Both the position numbers and the translations under genes were made by a program. Source: an uncultured delta proteobacterium (lineage in GTDB: Bacteria > Desulfobacterota > Binatia > Binatales > Binataceae). From it: a stretch of DNA of 64,000 nt. Positions 8,465 through 19,077 of this stretch are shown in pieces. Numbering within the stretch: the first letter of the stretch is position 1; each line of letters opens with the position of its first letter. The DNA lies in the NCBI GenBank assembly GCA_963765675.1, contig CAVXXK010000003.1, forward strand, positions 1 through 64,000. The letters are read 5' to 3'. The notes beneath the pieces were generated by a model. The model saw nothing but the letters and a program-made list of their open reading frames with translations, had not been told where the DNA came from and searched no databases.

Positions 8465-8480
8465 AGCAATCCGCGCGCCA
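8465..8480 (-). promoter_or_regulatory. Putative sigma54 (-24/-12) promoter
   Basis: Minus strand TGGCGCG-CGGA-TTGCT matches TGGCACG-N4-TTGC(A/T) with exact spacing. Palindrome TGTA-N7-TACA at 8551-8565 lies upstream. Confidence 0.6.
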
Positions 8481-8600
8481 GTGCGATCCGCCCGCCACGA
8501 GGCGCAAATCTCGAAATATGGAATCTGTCAGATAAGCCGCGTACTACAGATGTATCAGCGCTACAACTGGATGTTGCAAATGCGCTAATCGCGCGGCCAG

Positions 8601-10139
8601 TCAGTCGGAAATCTTCCGTTCAGCGATAGCGCCCGGCGGCAGACGACCTATGTGTCCGCGGCGGTGTGGGCCAGCAGGAGCGTCGCCGGCCACACTGATG
8701 CGCCATTCGCGATCGTAGTTCGAGACCACAAACGCGGCTCCGTCGGGATCCACCAGCACCAAGTCGTGAAGTCCAACGCGCGGAGGTCCGCTTTCGTCGG
8801 AGATCAATTCGACACCCGCACTTGGCGCAGGCGCCACGAAATGACATTTGAGACCACTGTAATAGACCATCGTAGGCAGGCTGATTCCCGCAAAATACAG
8901 TTCGCCGCCCGGGCGCTGACGCGCCAGATTTCGCGCCCGCACCGCCATCATGTAGCTCGGGATGCTGCGCTCGCGCTGAAGGCGGAAACCAGCATTGATT
9001 CTCGCCCATCGCGCGGGAGCCAATGCCGCGATAATCACGAGGCTCATCACGGCGGCGTATCGCGATAGCGTTCTAACGGGACCGCCAGCTCCGAGAGCGG
9101 CGCCGATCGCACTGCCCCCAAGCAGCGCAATCGGCATCAGCGCGGGAAGGATGTACCAAGGCAGCCGCGTCTGCACTGCGCATGCAGCGGCGATGGCAAT
9201 CACGAGCCACAGCGCCCAGGCGGCAGTATCGGGTGGAATCCGCCTGAGAGCAGTGCGAAGTCCGGCGCGCAGAGTGTCGATCGCGAGTACCGCCGCCGGA
9301 ATCAGAACTGGCCATAGCCAGCCAATCTCACGATAGAGCGTATCGATCGTGAATCCGAGATCGTGCTGATGATCCTCGAGGTGCGAGGTCACACGCGCGA
9401 GCGTTTCCTGCCCAACGAACACCGACCAGAAGGCCGAGTGATTTGCTACCGCCGCATACAGATACCATGGAGAGGCGACGATCGCTGCGGACGCGAAAAA
9501 TATGGCAAGCCCCTGCAGGCCAACCTCGCGATAAGCTGGAATCATCGCGACCGCGCTTATCGCGACTATCGCCGCGATCGCGCCCGCCAGGCCCTTGCTC
9601 AGAATCGCAAATCCGCACGCCATTCCCGCGAGAATCATCCACGCCCGATGCGTCCGCGCCCAGGTGATCGCAAGAACCGACAACGTCATGAAAAACAGCA
9701 GCGGAGCGTCGGTCGCGGCCTCGCGTCCGCCACGCGCGATAAAGAAATAAAATCCAAGTGGCAAGATCGCTGCGAAAATGCCCGCACCACGCCCGGCCGC
9801 GGCGCTGGCGGCAAAATACAGCAGAACCATTGTCAGGATGCCCAGCAGCATCGAGGGCAAGCGCGCCGCAATCTCGCCCTCGCGAAAAGTCTTGAATGAC
9901 AACGCAATCATCCAGAACAGCATCGGCGGTTTCTTAAGATACGGATCGCCATTCCAGGTGAGGTTCAGATAGTCGTGATTCTGTACTGCCTCATGTGCGA
10001 CTTCGGCATAGGTGGCCTCGTCCCAATCGATCAGCGGCGCTTCGCTCATATGCGAGCTCAGCGCGAGGAAGCCAATCGCAACGATCATCGCGATCTCGAG
10101 CCGGTGCGTCGCAAAGAGTTTTCGCAGCGATTCGAGCAT
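8601..10139 (-). CDS. ArnT/PMT-family (GT-C) membrane glycosyltransferase
   Basis: DWDEATYAEVA, YLKKPPMLFW, ARLPS, LSKG; many TM segments. Confidence 0.88.
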   Translation of the reverse strand: MLESLRKLFATHRLEIAMIVAIGFLALSSHMSEAPLIDWDEATYAEVAHEAVQNHDYLNLTWNGDPYLKKPPMLFWMIALSFKTFREGEIAARLPSMLLGILTMVLLYFAASAAAGRGAGIFAAILPLGFYFFIARGGREAATDAPLLFFMTLSVLAITWARTHRAWMILAGMACGFAILSKGLAGAIAAIVAISAVAMIPAYREVGLQGLAIFFASAAIVASPWYLYAAVANHSAFWSVFVGQETLARVTSHLEDHQHDLGFTIDTLYREIGWLWPVLIPAAVLAIDTLRAGLRTALRRIPPDTAAWALWLVIAIAAACAVQTRLPWYILPALMPIALLGGSAIGAALGAGGPVRTLSRYAAVMSLVIIAALAPARWARINAGFRLQRERSIPSYMMAVRARNLARQRPGGELYFAGISLPTMVYYSGLKCHFVAPAPSAGVELISDESGPPRVGLHDLVLVDPDGAAFVVSNYDREWRISVAGDAPAGPHRRGHIGRLPPGAIAERKISD

Positions 10140-10302
10140 TTCTATTTCGGACGGCCCGGAAGCGCTCGCGAGCCGATGCTTAGATTAGACGCGAAGGTCT
10201 GAGACGCGTCCAGCGTATGCGGCAATACGCGGCGGGAATTTTTGCCGATTGATTCTTGCCTCAAGAACGAGGACTCAAATTTGGCCGGCGAGCGAGCGCG
10301 AT

Positions 10303-10908
10303 TCAGGCCTGCGCAATCTTGGTGTTACGCCCTGCCATCACTTCATCGATCAGGCCGTACGCGACCGCCTCCGCCGCCGACATGAAGTTGTCGCGATCGG
10401 TATCCTTCTCGATCTTCTTGACCGGCTGTCCGGTGTGTTTGGACAGGATCTCGTTGAGCAGCTCGCGAATCCGCATCGTCTCGCGCGCCTGAATTTCGAT
10501 ATCCGCAGCCTGGCCTTCGAAACCGCCGTGAGGCTGATGGATCAGAATCCTGCTGTGCGGCAACGCGTAGCGCTTGCCCTTGGCTCCTGCCGTCAGCAAG
10601 AGCGATCCCATGCTGGCAGCCTGACCGACACACAGCGTGGAAACAGGAGGTTTCACGAACTGCATCGTATCGTAGATCGCCAACCCCGCCGTCACCGAAC
10701 CACCGGGCGAGTTGATGTACATATTTATCTCGCGTTCTGGATCCTCGGATTCCAGAAACAAAAGCTGCGCCGTCACCAAATTCGCGAGATCGTCGGTGAC
10801 TTGCCCGCCCAGAAAAACGATCCGGTCCTTGAGCAAGCGCGAATAAATATCGTAGGAACGCTCGCCGCGGCCGGTCTGCTCGACGACATATGGAATAAGG
10901 ATGCTCAT
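10303..10908 (-). CDS. clpP: ATP-dependent Clp protease proteolytic subunit
   Basis: [45 protein letters not shown]. Confidence 0.97.
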   Translation of the reverse strand: MSILIPYVVEQTGRGERSYDIYSRLLKDRIVFLGGQVTDDLANLVTAQLLFLESEDPEREINMYINSPGGSVTAGLAIYDTMQFVKPPVSTLCVGQAASMGSLLLTAGAKGKRYALPHSRILIHQPHGGFEGQAADIEIQARETMRIRELLNEILSKHTGQPVKKIEKDTDRDNFMSAAEAVAYGLIDEVMAGRNTKIAQA

Positions 10909-10953
10909 GGCAAATTTACGGTACTCCGCCGGGGGCCTCGGGTCGAGTGATGT

Positions 10954-11610
10954 TCACCGGATTTCGATTCCGAGCAGCGCGATAACAAACATCGCCTGCG
11001 ATGCGTCGATTGTCACGCCGTGCATTTGCTCCGGTTCGATTCTGAGTCCGTCGATCTTCGCGCCGCTTAAGTCAACCTCGCGAAATTTCGCACGAGTAAA
11101 GTCGGCGCGGCTCAGATCGCATCCGGCGAAGGAGACGAATTCGAGATTCGCATCCTGGAAATCGGCTTCACTTAGATTGGAGTCCTCGAATTTGACACTC
11201 GCGAGCTTCGCCGAGCCGCAGCGCAGAAAGTCCGCCTTGCAGCCCTTCACAACCACGTCGCGTAATTCGGCTTCTGACAAAACGAGGCCCGTGAGCCGCG
11301 AGCCGGTTATCTCAACGCGGCTCAGGCGCGCCTTGGTCCAATCGGAATTTGCGAGATTGGATTTTTCCACCCTGACATCGACGATCCGCAGCCGCACGAG
11401 CTTCGAATCATCCAGCGCAACGCGCCTGAGGATGCAGGTGTCGAAGACTACGCCCCGCGCCGTGGCCGCGCTCAATGTTGCATTGTCGAGGATGCGGCGT
11501 TCAAAACATTCGTCGCTGCGCAAAGCCTCGACTGCGGCAGAATCCATCGCCACGCCCTCGAGGCCCGGCGGCGCGATCGACCGGCGCTTGTCGTTCTTGC
11601 CGGGCTTCAT
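10954..11610 (-). CDS. Pentapeptide repeat protein
   Basis: Runs such as SNLSE ADFQD ANLEF VSFAG CDLSR ADFTR AKFRE VDLSG. Confidence 0.85.
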   Translation of the reverse strand: MKPGKNDKRRSIAPPGLEGVAMDSAAVEALRSDECFERRILDNATLSAATARGVVFDTCILRRVALDDSKLVRLRIVDVRVEKSNLANSDWTKARLSRVEITGSRLTGLVLSEAELRDVVVKGCKADFLRCGSAKLASVKFEDSNLSEADFQDANLEFVSFAGCDLSRADFTRAKFREVDLSGAKIDGLRIEPEQMHGVTIDASQAMFVIALLGIEIR

Positions 11611-11619
11611 CGCACGACG

Positions 11620-13068
11620 TCACGCAGGAGCGATCGATATTGATGCGGCGGCAGCCCGAAGCCGCTCAACGGTGCGCCGCTTGCCGAGCACACTGATCAC
11701 CTCGTAGATGCCGGGGCTCACCGTGCCGCCCGTGATCGCCACCCGCACCGGCTGCGCGAGCTGGCCGAGTTTCATCTCATATTTTGCGAGCACGCCCTCA
11801 AAGACAGTTTGAATCGCCGGTTCCGTGAAGTCCCCGCCGAGCGCGTCGAGTCCGGCGGCAAGCACGGTCAGCGGCTCGAGAATTTCGGGCTTCAGGAATT
11901 TGGCGGCGGCCTTCGGATCGATCTCGATCTTGTCGTTCAGATAAAAGCTCGCGAAATCGACCAGCTCGACCAGGGTTTTCGCGCGCTCGCGTAGCGTCGC
12001 CACCATCTTTTCAAGCCACGCGTCGTCACCGGGGATCGTGATTCCGCGCTGCTCAATGAATGGCTTGACCTCGCGCGCCAACTGCGCAACCGGCCGCGCT
12101 TTCAGGTAATGAAAGTTCAGCCACAGCAGCTTGTCGGTGTTGAACACGCCGGGCGATTTCCCGCACTCGGCGAAATCGAAATACTCGATCATCTCGCCCT
12201 TAGAGAAAATCTCTTGGTCGCCATGCGACCATCCGAGCCGCGCCAGGTAGTTCACTAACGCCTCGGGAAAGAACCCTGCCTCGCGATACGCGCGCACCGA
12301 CGTGGCCGCGTGGCGCTTCGAGAGCGGCGCACCGTCCGGTCCGGTGACCATCGGCAAATGCGCGAACGCTGGCGGAGTAAATCCAAGTGCCAGCGACATC
12401 TGGATCTGCCGGGGTGTATTTGGAACGTGATCGTCACCGCGGACGACGTGCGTGATTTTGAAATCGGCCTCGTCAACCACCGTGGCGAAGTTGTAGGTGG
12501 GGCCGCCATCGGAGCGAAAAATAATCAGATCGTCGAGTTCCGAGTTCTCGAACACTGTGCGCCCACGGACCAAATCGTCGAGGATCGTTTCTCCGTTGAG
12601 CGGCGACGCGAACCGAATCGTGTAGTTCCGTCCGGCGGCGCGATCCGGCAACTCGATATCGGGCGAAAAATCCAGGTTGCGGCATTTGCGATCGTAAACC
12701 GGCTTGCGATGCTCTTTCTCCGCCGCCTTGCGCTTGGCGTCCAGCTCGGCGGGGGTGCAGTAACACGGGTACGCCTTGCGCTCGCGTAGCAACTGGCGCG
12801 CCGACTCGCGATAGCGCTCCGTACGGTTCGATTCGAAATAGCGCGCGTCGGGGGGGCCTTCGTCCCATTCGAGTCCAAGCCATTTGATGTCGGCGAGAAT
12901 TTCGGTGAGCGATTCCTGCGTCGAGCGTTCCCGGTCGGTGTCGTCGATCCTAAGAATAAACTTGCCGCCATTGTGCCGGGCGTACAGGTACGCGAACAGC
13001 CCCGAGCGGACGTTACCGATATGCAGCGAGCCGGTCGGGCTCGGCGCGAAGCGGGTGCGAACAGTCAC
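11620..13068 (-). CDS. gltX: Glutamate--tRNA ligase
   Basis: RFAPSPTGSLHIGN, LRIDDTD, CYC, HVVRGDDH, LSKR, anticodon-binding C-terminal domain. Confidence 0.96.
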   Translation of the reverse strand: MTVRTRFAPSPTGSLHIGNVRSGLFAYLYARHNGGKFILRIDDTDRERSTQESLTEILADIKWLGLEWDEGPPDARYFESNRTERYRESARQLLRERKAYPCYCTPAELDAKRKAAEKEHRKPVYDRKCRNLDFSPDIELPDRAAGRNYTIRFASPLNGETILDDLVRGRTVFENSELDDLIIFRSDGGPTYNFATVVDEADFKITHVVRGDDHVPNTPRQIQMSLALGFTPPAFAHLPMVTGPDGAPLSKRHAATSVRAYREAGFFPEALVNYLARLGWSHGDQEIFSKGEMIEYFDFAECGKSPGVFNTDKLLWLNFHYLKARPVAQLAREVKPFIEQRGITIPGDDAWLEKMVATLRERAKTLVELVDFASFYLNDKIEIDPKAAAKFLKPEILEPLTVLAAGLDALGGDFTEPAIQTVFEGVLAKYEMKLGQLAQPVRVAITGGTVSPGIYEVISVLGKRRTVERLRAAAASISIAPA

Positions 13069-13071
13069 AAG

Positions 13072-14601
13072 CTACTCCCATTCGATCGTGGCGGGCGGTT
13101 TCGAGGTGATGTCGTAGACGACGCGATTGACACCGCGAGTCTCGTTGGTGATTCGCGAGGACAGCCGCGCCAGAAACTCCGGGTCGAGCCGCGCCCAATC
13201 CGCGGTCATGCCGTCGAGCGATTCGACCGCGCGAATCGCAATCACACTTTCGTAGGTGCGTCCGTCGCCCATCACCCCGACGGTTTTGAGCGGCAGCAGC
13301 ACGGCGAAGCCCTGCCATAGACGAGCGCCAAGTCCCGCCCTGGCGACTTCATCCATGACGATCGCGTCGGCGCGGCGCAAAAGCTCGACCCGTTCACGGG
13401 TGACCTCGCCGACGATCCGCACCGCCAGCCCGGGGCCGGGGAACGGTTCGCGGTCGACGATCTCGGGCGGCAGACCGAGCTTGCGGCCGACCTCGCGCAC
13501 CTCGTCTTTGAACAGCTCCCGCAACGGCTCGATCAATTCGAGCTTCATGCGATCGGGCAGCCCGCCAACGTTGTGGTGGCTCTTGATAACGGCCGACGGT
13601 CCCTTGAACGAAACCGACTCGATCACGTCGGGATAGAGAGTGCCCTGCCCCAGAAAGCGCGCGCCGCGAATCTGCTCCTCGGACTCGAACACGTCGATAA
13701 ATGTGTGACCGATGATGCGCCGCTTCTGCTCCGGATCGAGCACTCCCGAAAGGCGCTCGAAGAACAGCTCCGAAGCGTCGGCAACCCTCAGATCGATTCC
13801 AAGCTGGCTCGCGAAGACATTTTCCATCCGCTCGCGCTCGCCCGCGCGCAACAGGCCGGTATCGACAAACACGCTCATCAAGCGATCGCCGATCGCGCGA
13901 TGAATCAGCGCGGCGGCTACCGACGAATCGACGCCGCCCGACAGTCCCATGATCACTCGGTCAGCCGCGCCGACCTGCGCGCGGATCTCGGCGAGCTTGG
14001 TCTCGACTATATTCGCGGTGGTCCAGTCGCCCGGTTCGCCGCAAATTTTGAGGACAAAGTTGCGCAGGATCTGCGCACCGCTCGGCGTGTGCACGACCTC
14101 CGGATGAAACTGGATCGCGCGCATCCGTCCGTCGACGCTGCGCATCGCGGCGAAAGGGGAATTGTCGCTATGCGCTATCGGCCGCAGCGCCGGCCCGATC
14201 GACTCGACCCGATCGCCGTGGCTCATCCACACCTGATGCTCACGTCCCTTGAGCCCCTCGAACAATTCATCCTGCTCGTCGATAACCAGCGTGGCGCGGC
14301 CAAACTCCCGCGCGCGCGATCCGACACTGCGCGACCCCAGATGCTGCGCTATCACATACAGGCCGTAGCAGATTCCGAGCACGGGGCATCCGAGGTTCAG
14401 GACCTCGTCGGAGATATCCGGCGCCTCGTCCTCGTAGAGGCTCGCGGGTCCGCCCGACAGGATGATACCGCGCGGCTTCATCGCGCGGATTTTTTCAACC
14501 GGACAATTGAACGGATGGATTTCGCAATACACGTGCGCCTCGCGCACACGGCGCGCAATCAGCTGCGTGTATTGGCTTCCAAAATCGAGAATCAGGATCA
14601 C
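13072..14601 (-). CDS. guaA: GMP synthase
   Basis: [50 protein letters not shown]. Confidence 0.98.
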   Translation of the reverse strand: MILILDFGSQYTQLIARRVREAHVYCEIHPFNCPVEKIRAMKPRGIILSGGPASLYEDEAPDISDEVLNLGCPVLGICYGLYVIAQHLGSRSVGSRAREFGRATLVIDEQDELFEGLKGREHQVWMSHGDRVESIGPALRPIAHSDNSPFAAMRSVDGRMRAIQFHPEVVHTPSGAQILRNFVLKICGEPGDWTTANIVETKLAEIRAQVGAADRVIMGLSGGVDSSVAAALIHRAIGDRLMSVFVDTGLLRAGERERMENVFASQLGIDLRVADASELFFERLSGVLDPEQKRRIIGHTFIDVFESEEQIRGARFLGQGTLYPDVIESVSFKGPSAVIKSHHNVGGLPDRMKLELIEPLRELFKDEVREVGRKLGLPPEIVDREPFPGPGLAVRIVGEVTRERVELLRRADAIVMDEVARAGLGARLWQGFAVLLPLKTVGVMGDGRTYESVIAIRAVESLDGMTADWARLDPEFLARLSSRITNETRGVNRVVYDITSKPPATIEWE

Positions 14602-14687
14602 GGCGAATTGCCTTGAATTGAAGGACTAATATAGCGGAGGCGCGAATCTCGACGAAACCCGCTCCGCGCCAGGTTTCAACCATCCGG

Positions 14688-16136
14688 TCATCGCCGCTTG
14701 GAACGTCCGCGCGAATCTGGTGCGCGCGTCCGCCCCGCCTCAACAAAGGTGCGGCCAGTGCGCCGGAACTCAAGGCGCAGCGGAGTTCCCACCAGACCCA
14801 GCGCCGCGCGAAATCGCGACTCCAGGAAACGAATGTAATGCGCTGGTATCTCGCGCTCGACGTTGGCAAAGAACCGGATCCGCGGCGGCGCGCTCGCCAC
14901 CTGCGTCACATACATCAAATTGAGCCGCCGGCGCCCGACCAGCGGCGGATCCATCGCTTCCATCGCACGCGCCAGCGTCCGGTTGAGCGCCGAGGTCTGG
15001 AACGTCGCGCGCCACGAATCTCCCGCCTTGATCGCGGCCGGTATAATGTCGCGCACGCCGTCACCCGTAAGCGCCGAGGTGAAGACCAGCGTCGCGTATG
15101 CGAGGAATGGAAACCGTTCGTGCGCATCGCGCACGAATGCCGCAACCTTGCGCCCCAGCTTCGCGGCTGCGTCCCACTTGTTGCAGACCAGGACCATCGC
15201 GCGGTCGTTGGTATCGACCAGCCGCGCCAGCCGCGCGTCCTGATCGGTAATTCCCTCGGTCGCGTCGATCACCAGCAGCACCACATCGGCGCGGCGGATC
15301 ATCTCGATCGCGCGGCCGACCGAATGATGCTCGAGCTCGCCATCGACTTTGGTCGGACGGCGGATTCCTGCCGTGTCGATCAGCAGAACATCGCGACCCT
15401 CGGCGGAGAGGCGCACATCGACCGGGTCGCGCGTCGTGCCCGGAGTTGAATCGACGATCGCGCGCTCGAAGCCCGACAGTCGATTCAGCAGCGACGATTT
15501 TCCGACGTTGGGGCGGCCGACCAGCGCAAGCCGCAGGTCGGGACCCGCGGCGGGTGCGCCGGATTCGAGCGCCGGCAGGCGCGCTGCAATCTCTTCGAGC
15601 AGATCGCCGACACCTCCGCCGTGCGCGGCCGAGATCAGGAACAATCGGTCGGCGCCGATCTCGAAAAAGTCGATCGCGGCGGATTCGTTGCGCGGATCGT
15701 CAATCTTGTTGACCGCGATTATCAGCGGACACCCGGTTTCGCGCACCAGCGCGAGCGCCTCTTTGTCGGCATCACTCAAGCCGGCGCGTCCGTCGAAGAT
15801 AAACACGACCACATCGGCGACGCCGACGGCGCCCAGAGCCTCGGCGACCAACCGCTCGGACATTGCCTCGCGTCCGCCAAGTTCGAGACCGCCGCTATCG
15901 ACCACGACAAACTCGCGGTCATCGAAAGAGGCGCGCGCGAAATTCAGATCACGCGTAGTGCCGGGAATCGGACTGGTAATTGCGCGCGAGCCCTTCGCGA
16001 TCCGGTTGAACAGCGTCGATTTGCCGGCGTTCGCGCGTCCCACCAGTACTACTGTCGGCAGCCCCGCTCCGAAGCTGCGACCGGCGCGAGCCTCCCGGGC
16101 GTCGGCATTTGCGGATTTCGCGGAGCGCGGACTCAT
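14688..16136 (-). CDS. der: Ribosome biogenesis GTPase Der (EngA)
   Basis: Two G-domains (GRANAGKS, GRPNVGKS), GTTRD twice, NKID/NKWD, KH-like C-terminus. Confidence 0.96.
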   Translation of the reverse strand: MSPRSAKSANADAREARAGRSFGAGLPTVVLVGRANAGKSTLFNRIAKGSRAITSPIPGTTRDLNFARASFDDREFVVVDSGGLELGGREAMSERLVAEALGAVGVADVVVFIFDGRAGLSDADKEALALVRETGCPLIIAVNKIDDPRNESAAIDFFEIGADRLFLISAAHGGGVGDLLEEIAARLPALESGAPAAGPDLRLALVGRPNVGKSSLLNRLSGFERAIVDSTPGTTRDPVDVRLSAEGRDVLLIDTAGIRRPTKVDGELEHHSVGRAIEMIRRADVVLLVIDATEGITDQDARLARLVDTNDRAMVLVCNKWDAAAKLGRKVAAFVRDAHERFPFLAYATLVFTSALTGDGVRDIIPAAIKAGDSWRATFQTSALNRTLARAMEAMDPPLVGRRRLNLMYVTQVASAPPRIRFFANVEREIPAHYIRFLESRFRAALGLVGTPLRLEFRRTGRTFVEAGRTRAPDSRGRSKRR

Positions 16137-17033
16137 AGCCCGAACTCCGCCATCTTGCGCGGGTCGCGGGTCCAGTTCGGTTCCACCTTCACCAGCATCT
16201 CGAGGAACACGCGCGCATCGAGCAGCTTTTCCAGCTCCAGGCGCGCGGCAGTGCCGATCTCCTTGAGCGTGCGCCCGCCCGCGCCGATCAGCATCCCCTT
16301 GTGCGACTCGCGCTCGATCACAATCACCGCCGAGATCCGCTTGAGGTTGCGCTCGGTTTCTTCGACGAAGTTTTCGATCCGCACGGCGCTTGAGAACGGG
16401 ATCTCCTGCCGCATTTTCAAAAAAATCTTCTCGCGGATCACTTCCGCAGCGATCATCCGCTCGGTCTGGTCGGTGTATTCATCCTCAGGCATCAACGCCG
16501 GGCTCTTGGGCAGCATCGCCTTGACGGTCGCGATCAGCTCCTCGATATTCTCGCCGCGTAGCGCGCTTACCGGCACGATCTCGCAGTCGGGAAACTCGCG
16601 ATGAATCTCCTCGATCAGCGGCAGCAGGTTCTCGCGCGGCTGCAGTGTCAACTTTGTTGATCACGATCACGAGCGGCGCGCCCAGCTTCGCAAGCTCGAG
16701 CAGCGCGGCGCGATCGCGCGGGTCGAGCTTGCCCGCGGCTTCCACCACCCCGAGCACGACCTCGCCTTCGCCAAGCGCGCGGCGAGCGTTATCGACCATC
16801 CGGCGGTTGAGCTCCTTGGGCGACTCGTGGATTCCCGGAGTGTCGAGGAAAAGGAATTGCGCGTCGCGATCGGTCCGAACGCCGAGAATTCTCGCGCGCG
16901 TGGTCTGCGGCCGCGGCGTCACGATCGCGACCTTGTGGCCGACCATCCGGTTCAGCAGCGTGGATTTGCCGACGTTGGAACGTCCGCCCAACGCGACAAA
17001 GCCCGCACGATGCTCATTGTTCGTGCCGATCAC
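16133..17033 (-). CDS. era: GTPase Era; frameshift near 16646 (probably a sequencing indel)
   Basis: N-half GRSNVGKS, PQTTR, DTPG, NKVD in one frame. C-half PVSALRG, EVIREK, QEIPFS, GMLIG, VKVEPNW in another. Confidence 0.92.
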
Positions 17034-17784
17034 TGGATTCCTGTTCGATCCGCGCCAGCGCCTGGCGCGCGGCGGCCTGCTCGCTCTGCTTCTTGCTGCC
17101 GCCCTCGCCTATCCCGAGGTCACGGCCGGCGATTTTGATCCGCGTGGTGAAGCGTTTGGCATGATCCGGTCCTTGCGCGGCGACCAACTCATAGATCGGC
17201 TGAGCATGAAAGCGCCGGTAAGCGATCTCCTGGAGTTCGGTTTTGTAGTCACGCTCGGCCGAGGGTCCGCCCACGTCGTGCTCGAACAGCCGCTCGACGA
17301 CCTGCTGCGCGGGCACCAGCCCGCCGTCCGTGTAGATTGCGCCGATCACCGCTTCGAACGCGGCCGCGAGAATCGAGACCTTCTCGCGTCCGCCGCTTTT
17401 CTCCTCGCCCTTGCCGAGCTTGAGCAACGCTCCCAAATCGATCGACTGCGCCTTCAGCGCGAGCGTGCGCGCATTGACAATCGACGCGCGCAGCTTCGAG
17501 AGCGGACCTTCCTTCGCCGCCGGAAACTGGCGCATCAGCAGGTCCGCGATCGCGAGATCCAGCACCGCGTCGCCCAGAAATTCGAGCCTTTCGTAATGCG
17601 CGTCAGAGCCGATCGCGGCGCTCGGATGAGTCAGCGCGATCTCCAGCAATTCGGAGCGCGCGAACGTGTAACCAACGTTCTCTTCCAGAGCGGAGCGCCC
17701 GGACTCAGGCGACGGTTGTGGCGCCGCCGGAGATACAGTCTTCTCCGCGCGACGGAACAATCTGCCCAACAAGTTGAGCCGCAT
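17014..17784 (-). CDS. rnc: Ribonuclease III
   Basis: ALTHPS, ERLEFLGDAVL, AFEAVIGAIY, DYKTELQE, GPDH, SKKQSEQAAA. Start uncertain because it overlaps the mtaB ORF. Confidence 0.95.
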   Translation of the reverse strand: MRLNLLGRLFRRAEKTVSPAAPQPSPESGRSALEENVGYTFARSELLEIALTHPSAAIGSDAHYERLEFLGDAVLDLAIADLLMRQFPAAKEGPLSKLRASIVNARTLALKAQSIDLGALLKLGKGEEKSGGREKVSILAAAFEAVIGAIYTDGGLVPAQQVVERLFEHDVGGPSAERDYKTELQEIAYRRFHAQPIYELVAAQGPDHAKRFTTRIKIAGRDLGIGEGGSKKQSEQAAARQALARIEQESSDRHEQ

Positions 17785-19057
17785 CGGCAAGCGACGCCTC
17801 CACCTCGACTTCGTGATTTACCAGCGTGTCCGGACCCATGGTCAGCACCCGGATATAGCTGCGCGTATAGCCCGCCAGCGCGCCGCTCCGAGTACGTTCT
17901 TCAAGTAATACATTAACTCTTGTGCCGGCGAAGCGGCGCGCGAAATCCGCGCGCTTGGCCTCGCCCATCGCGCGCATCACCTGCGCGCGGCGCTTGATCT
18001 CCGTCGGCGCAACTTTGCCCGGCATCTTCGCCGCCGTGGTCCCCGCCCTGACCGAATACGGAAACACGTGGAAGTAAGCAAGCGGCAGCGACTCGATAAA
18101 GCTCCGTGCCGATTCGAAATGCTCCGCGCTCTCACCCGGAAAGCCGACGATCAGATCGGTCCCGATCGCCGCGTCGGGCATCGCCGCGAGCACGCGCTCG
18201 ACGCGGCCGCGATAAAACTCGCGGTCGTAGCGCCGGCGCATCCGCGAAAGGATTTCGTCCTCACCCGACTGTAGCGGCAGATGCAGATGCGGGCAGAACT
18301 TCGGGCTCTCCGCCACGATCGCGATAATCCGGTCGCTTAGTTCTTCCGGGTCAAGCGAGCTTACCCTGATCCGGTTTATCGGCGATCGTTCCGCGATCAT
18401 TTCGAGCAGGTCGGCGAGATCGACCGCCGGATCGAGGTCCTTGCCGTAGCCGCCCAGATGCACCCCCGAAAGCGTCACTTCCTTGAAGCCGCGCGCGTGC
18501 AGTTCATCCAGCGCCGCGATAATCCGGCGCGGCTCGACGCTGCGCGACGTCCCACGCGAGGTCGGCACGATACAAAAGCTGCAGAACTGGTCGCATCCTT
18601 CCTGGAGCTTCAGAAACGCGCGCGTCTGCCCCTCGAGCGCGACCGCACCCAGCTCAATCGGCGCGCGCACCTTGCGCAGATTCGTGACCATCACGCGCTC
18701 GCCGGCTCCCTGAGCGATCGCGCGCTCCAGATCGTCGATCCGTCCGAGTCCCACCACCGCGTCAACTTCGACCGCGCGCGCCAGCGCCTGCGGATTCGCC
18801 TGCGCGAAGCATCCGGTCATCACGATCCGCGCGGCGGGATTGAGCCTGCGCGCGCGTCGCGCGAGTTTCAGGCTCTCGGAATCAGCGCGGTCGGTTACGG
18901 TGCAGGTGTTGATCACGTAAACGTCGGCGACTTCGGAAAAATCGCGCCGCGCCATCCCGCGCGCTCCAAGGCGCGATTCGATAATCGCCGAGTCGTACTG
19001 ATTGACCTTGCATCCAAGGGTCGCGATCGCGAACTTCATCGGCGTCGTGTCCGTCAT
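17705..19057 (-). CDS. mtaB: tRNA t6A37 methylthiotransferase
   Basis: TLGCKVNQYDS, INTCTVT, radical SAM CDQFCSFC, HVFPYS. Confidence 0.92.
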   Translation of the reverse strand: MTDTTPMKFAIATLGCKVNQYDSAIIESRLGARGMARRDFSEVADVYVINTCTVTDRADSESLKLARRARRLNPAARIVMTGCFAQANPQALARAVEVDAVVGLGRIDDLERAIAQGAGERVMVTNLRKVRAPIELGAVALEGQTRAFLKLQEGCDQFCSFCIVPTSRGTSRSVEPRRIIAALDELHARGFKEVTLSGVHLGGYGKDLDPAVDLADLLEMIAERSPINRIRVSSLDPEELSDRIIAIVAESPKFCPHLHLPLQSGEDEILSRMRRRYDREFYRGRVERVLAAMPDAAIGTDLIVGFPGESAEHFESARSFIESLPLAYFHVFPYSVRAGTTAAKMPGKVAPTEIKRRAQVMRAMGEAKRADFARRFAGTRVNVLLEERTRSGALAGYTRSYIRVLTMGPDTLVNHEVEVEASLADAAQLVGQIVPSRGEDCISGGATTVA

Positions 19058-19077
19058 GATTCCCGCGGCGTCATCCC

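Noticed and set aside
16640-16655. Programmed ribosomal frameshift in era
   Set aside because: There is no slippery heptamer or obvious stimulatory structure, and similar indels occur in several unrelated genes.
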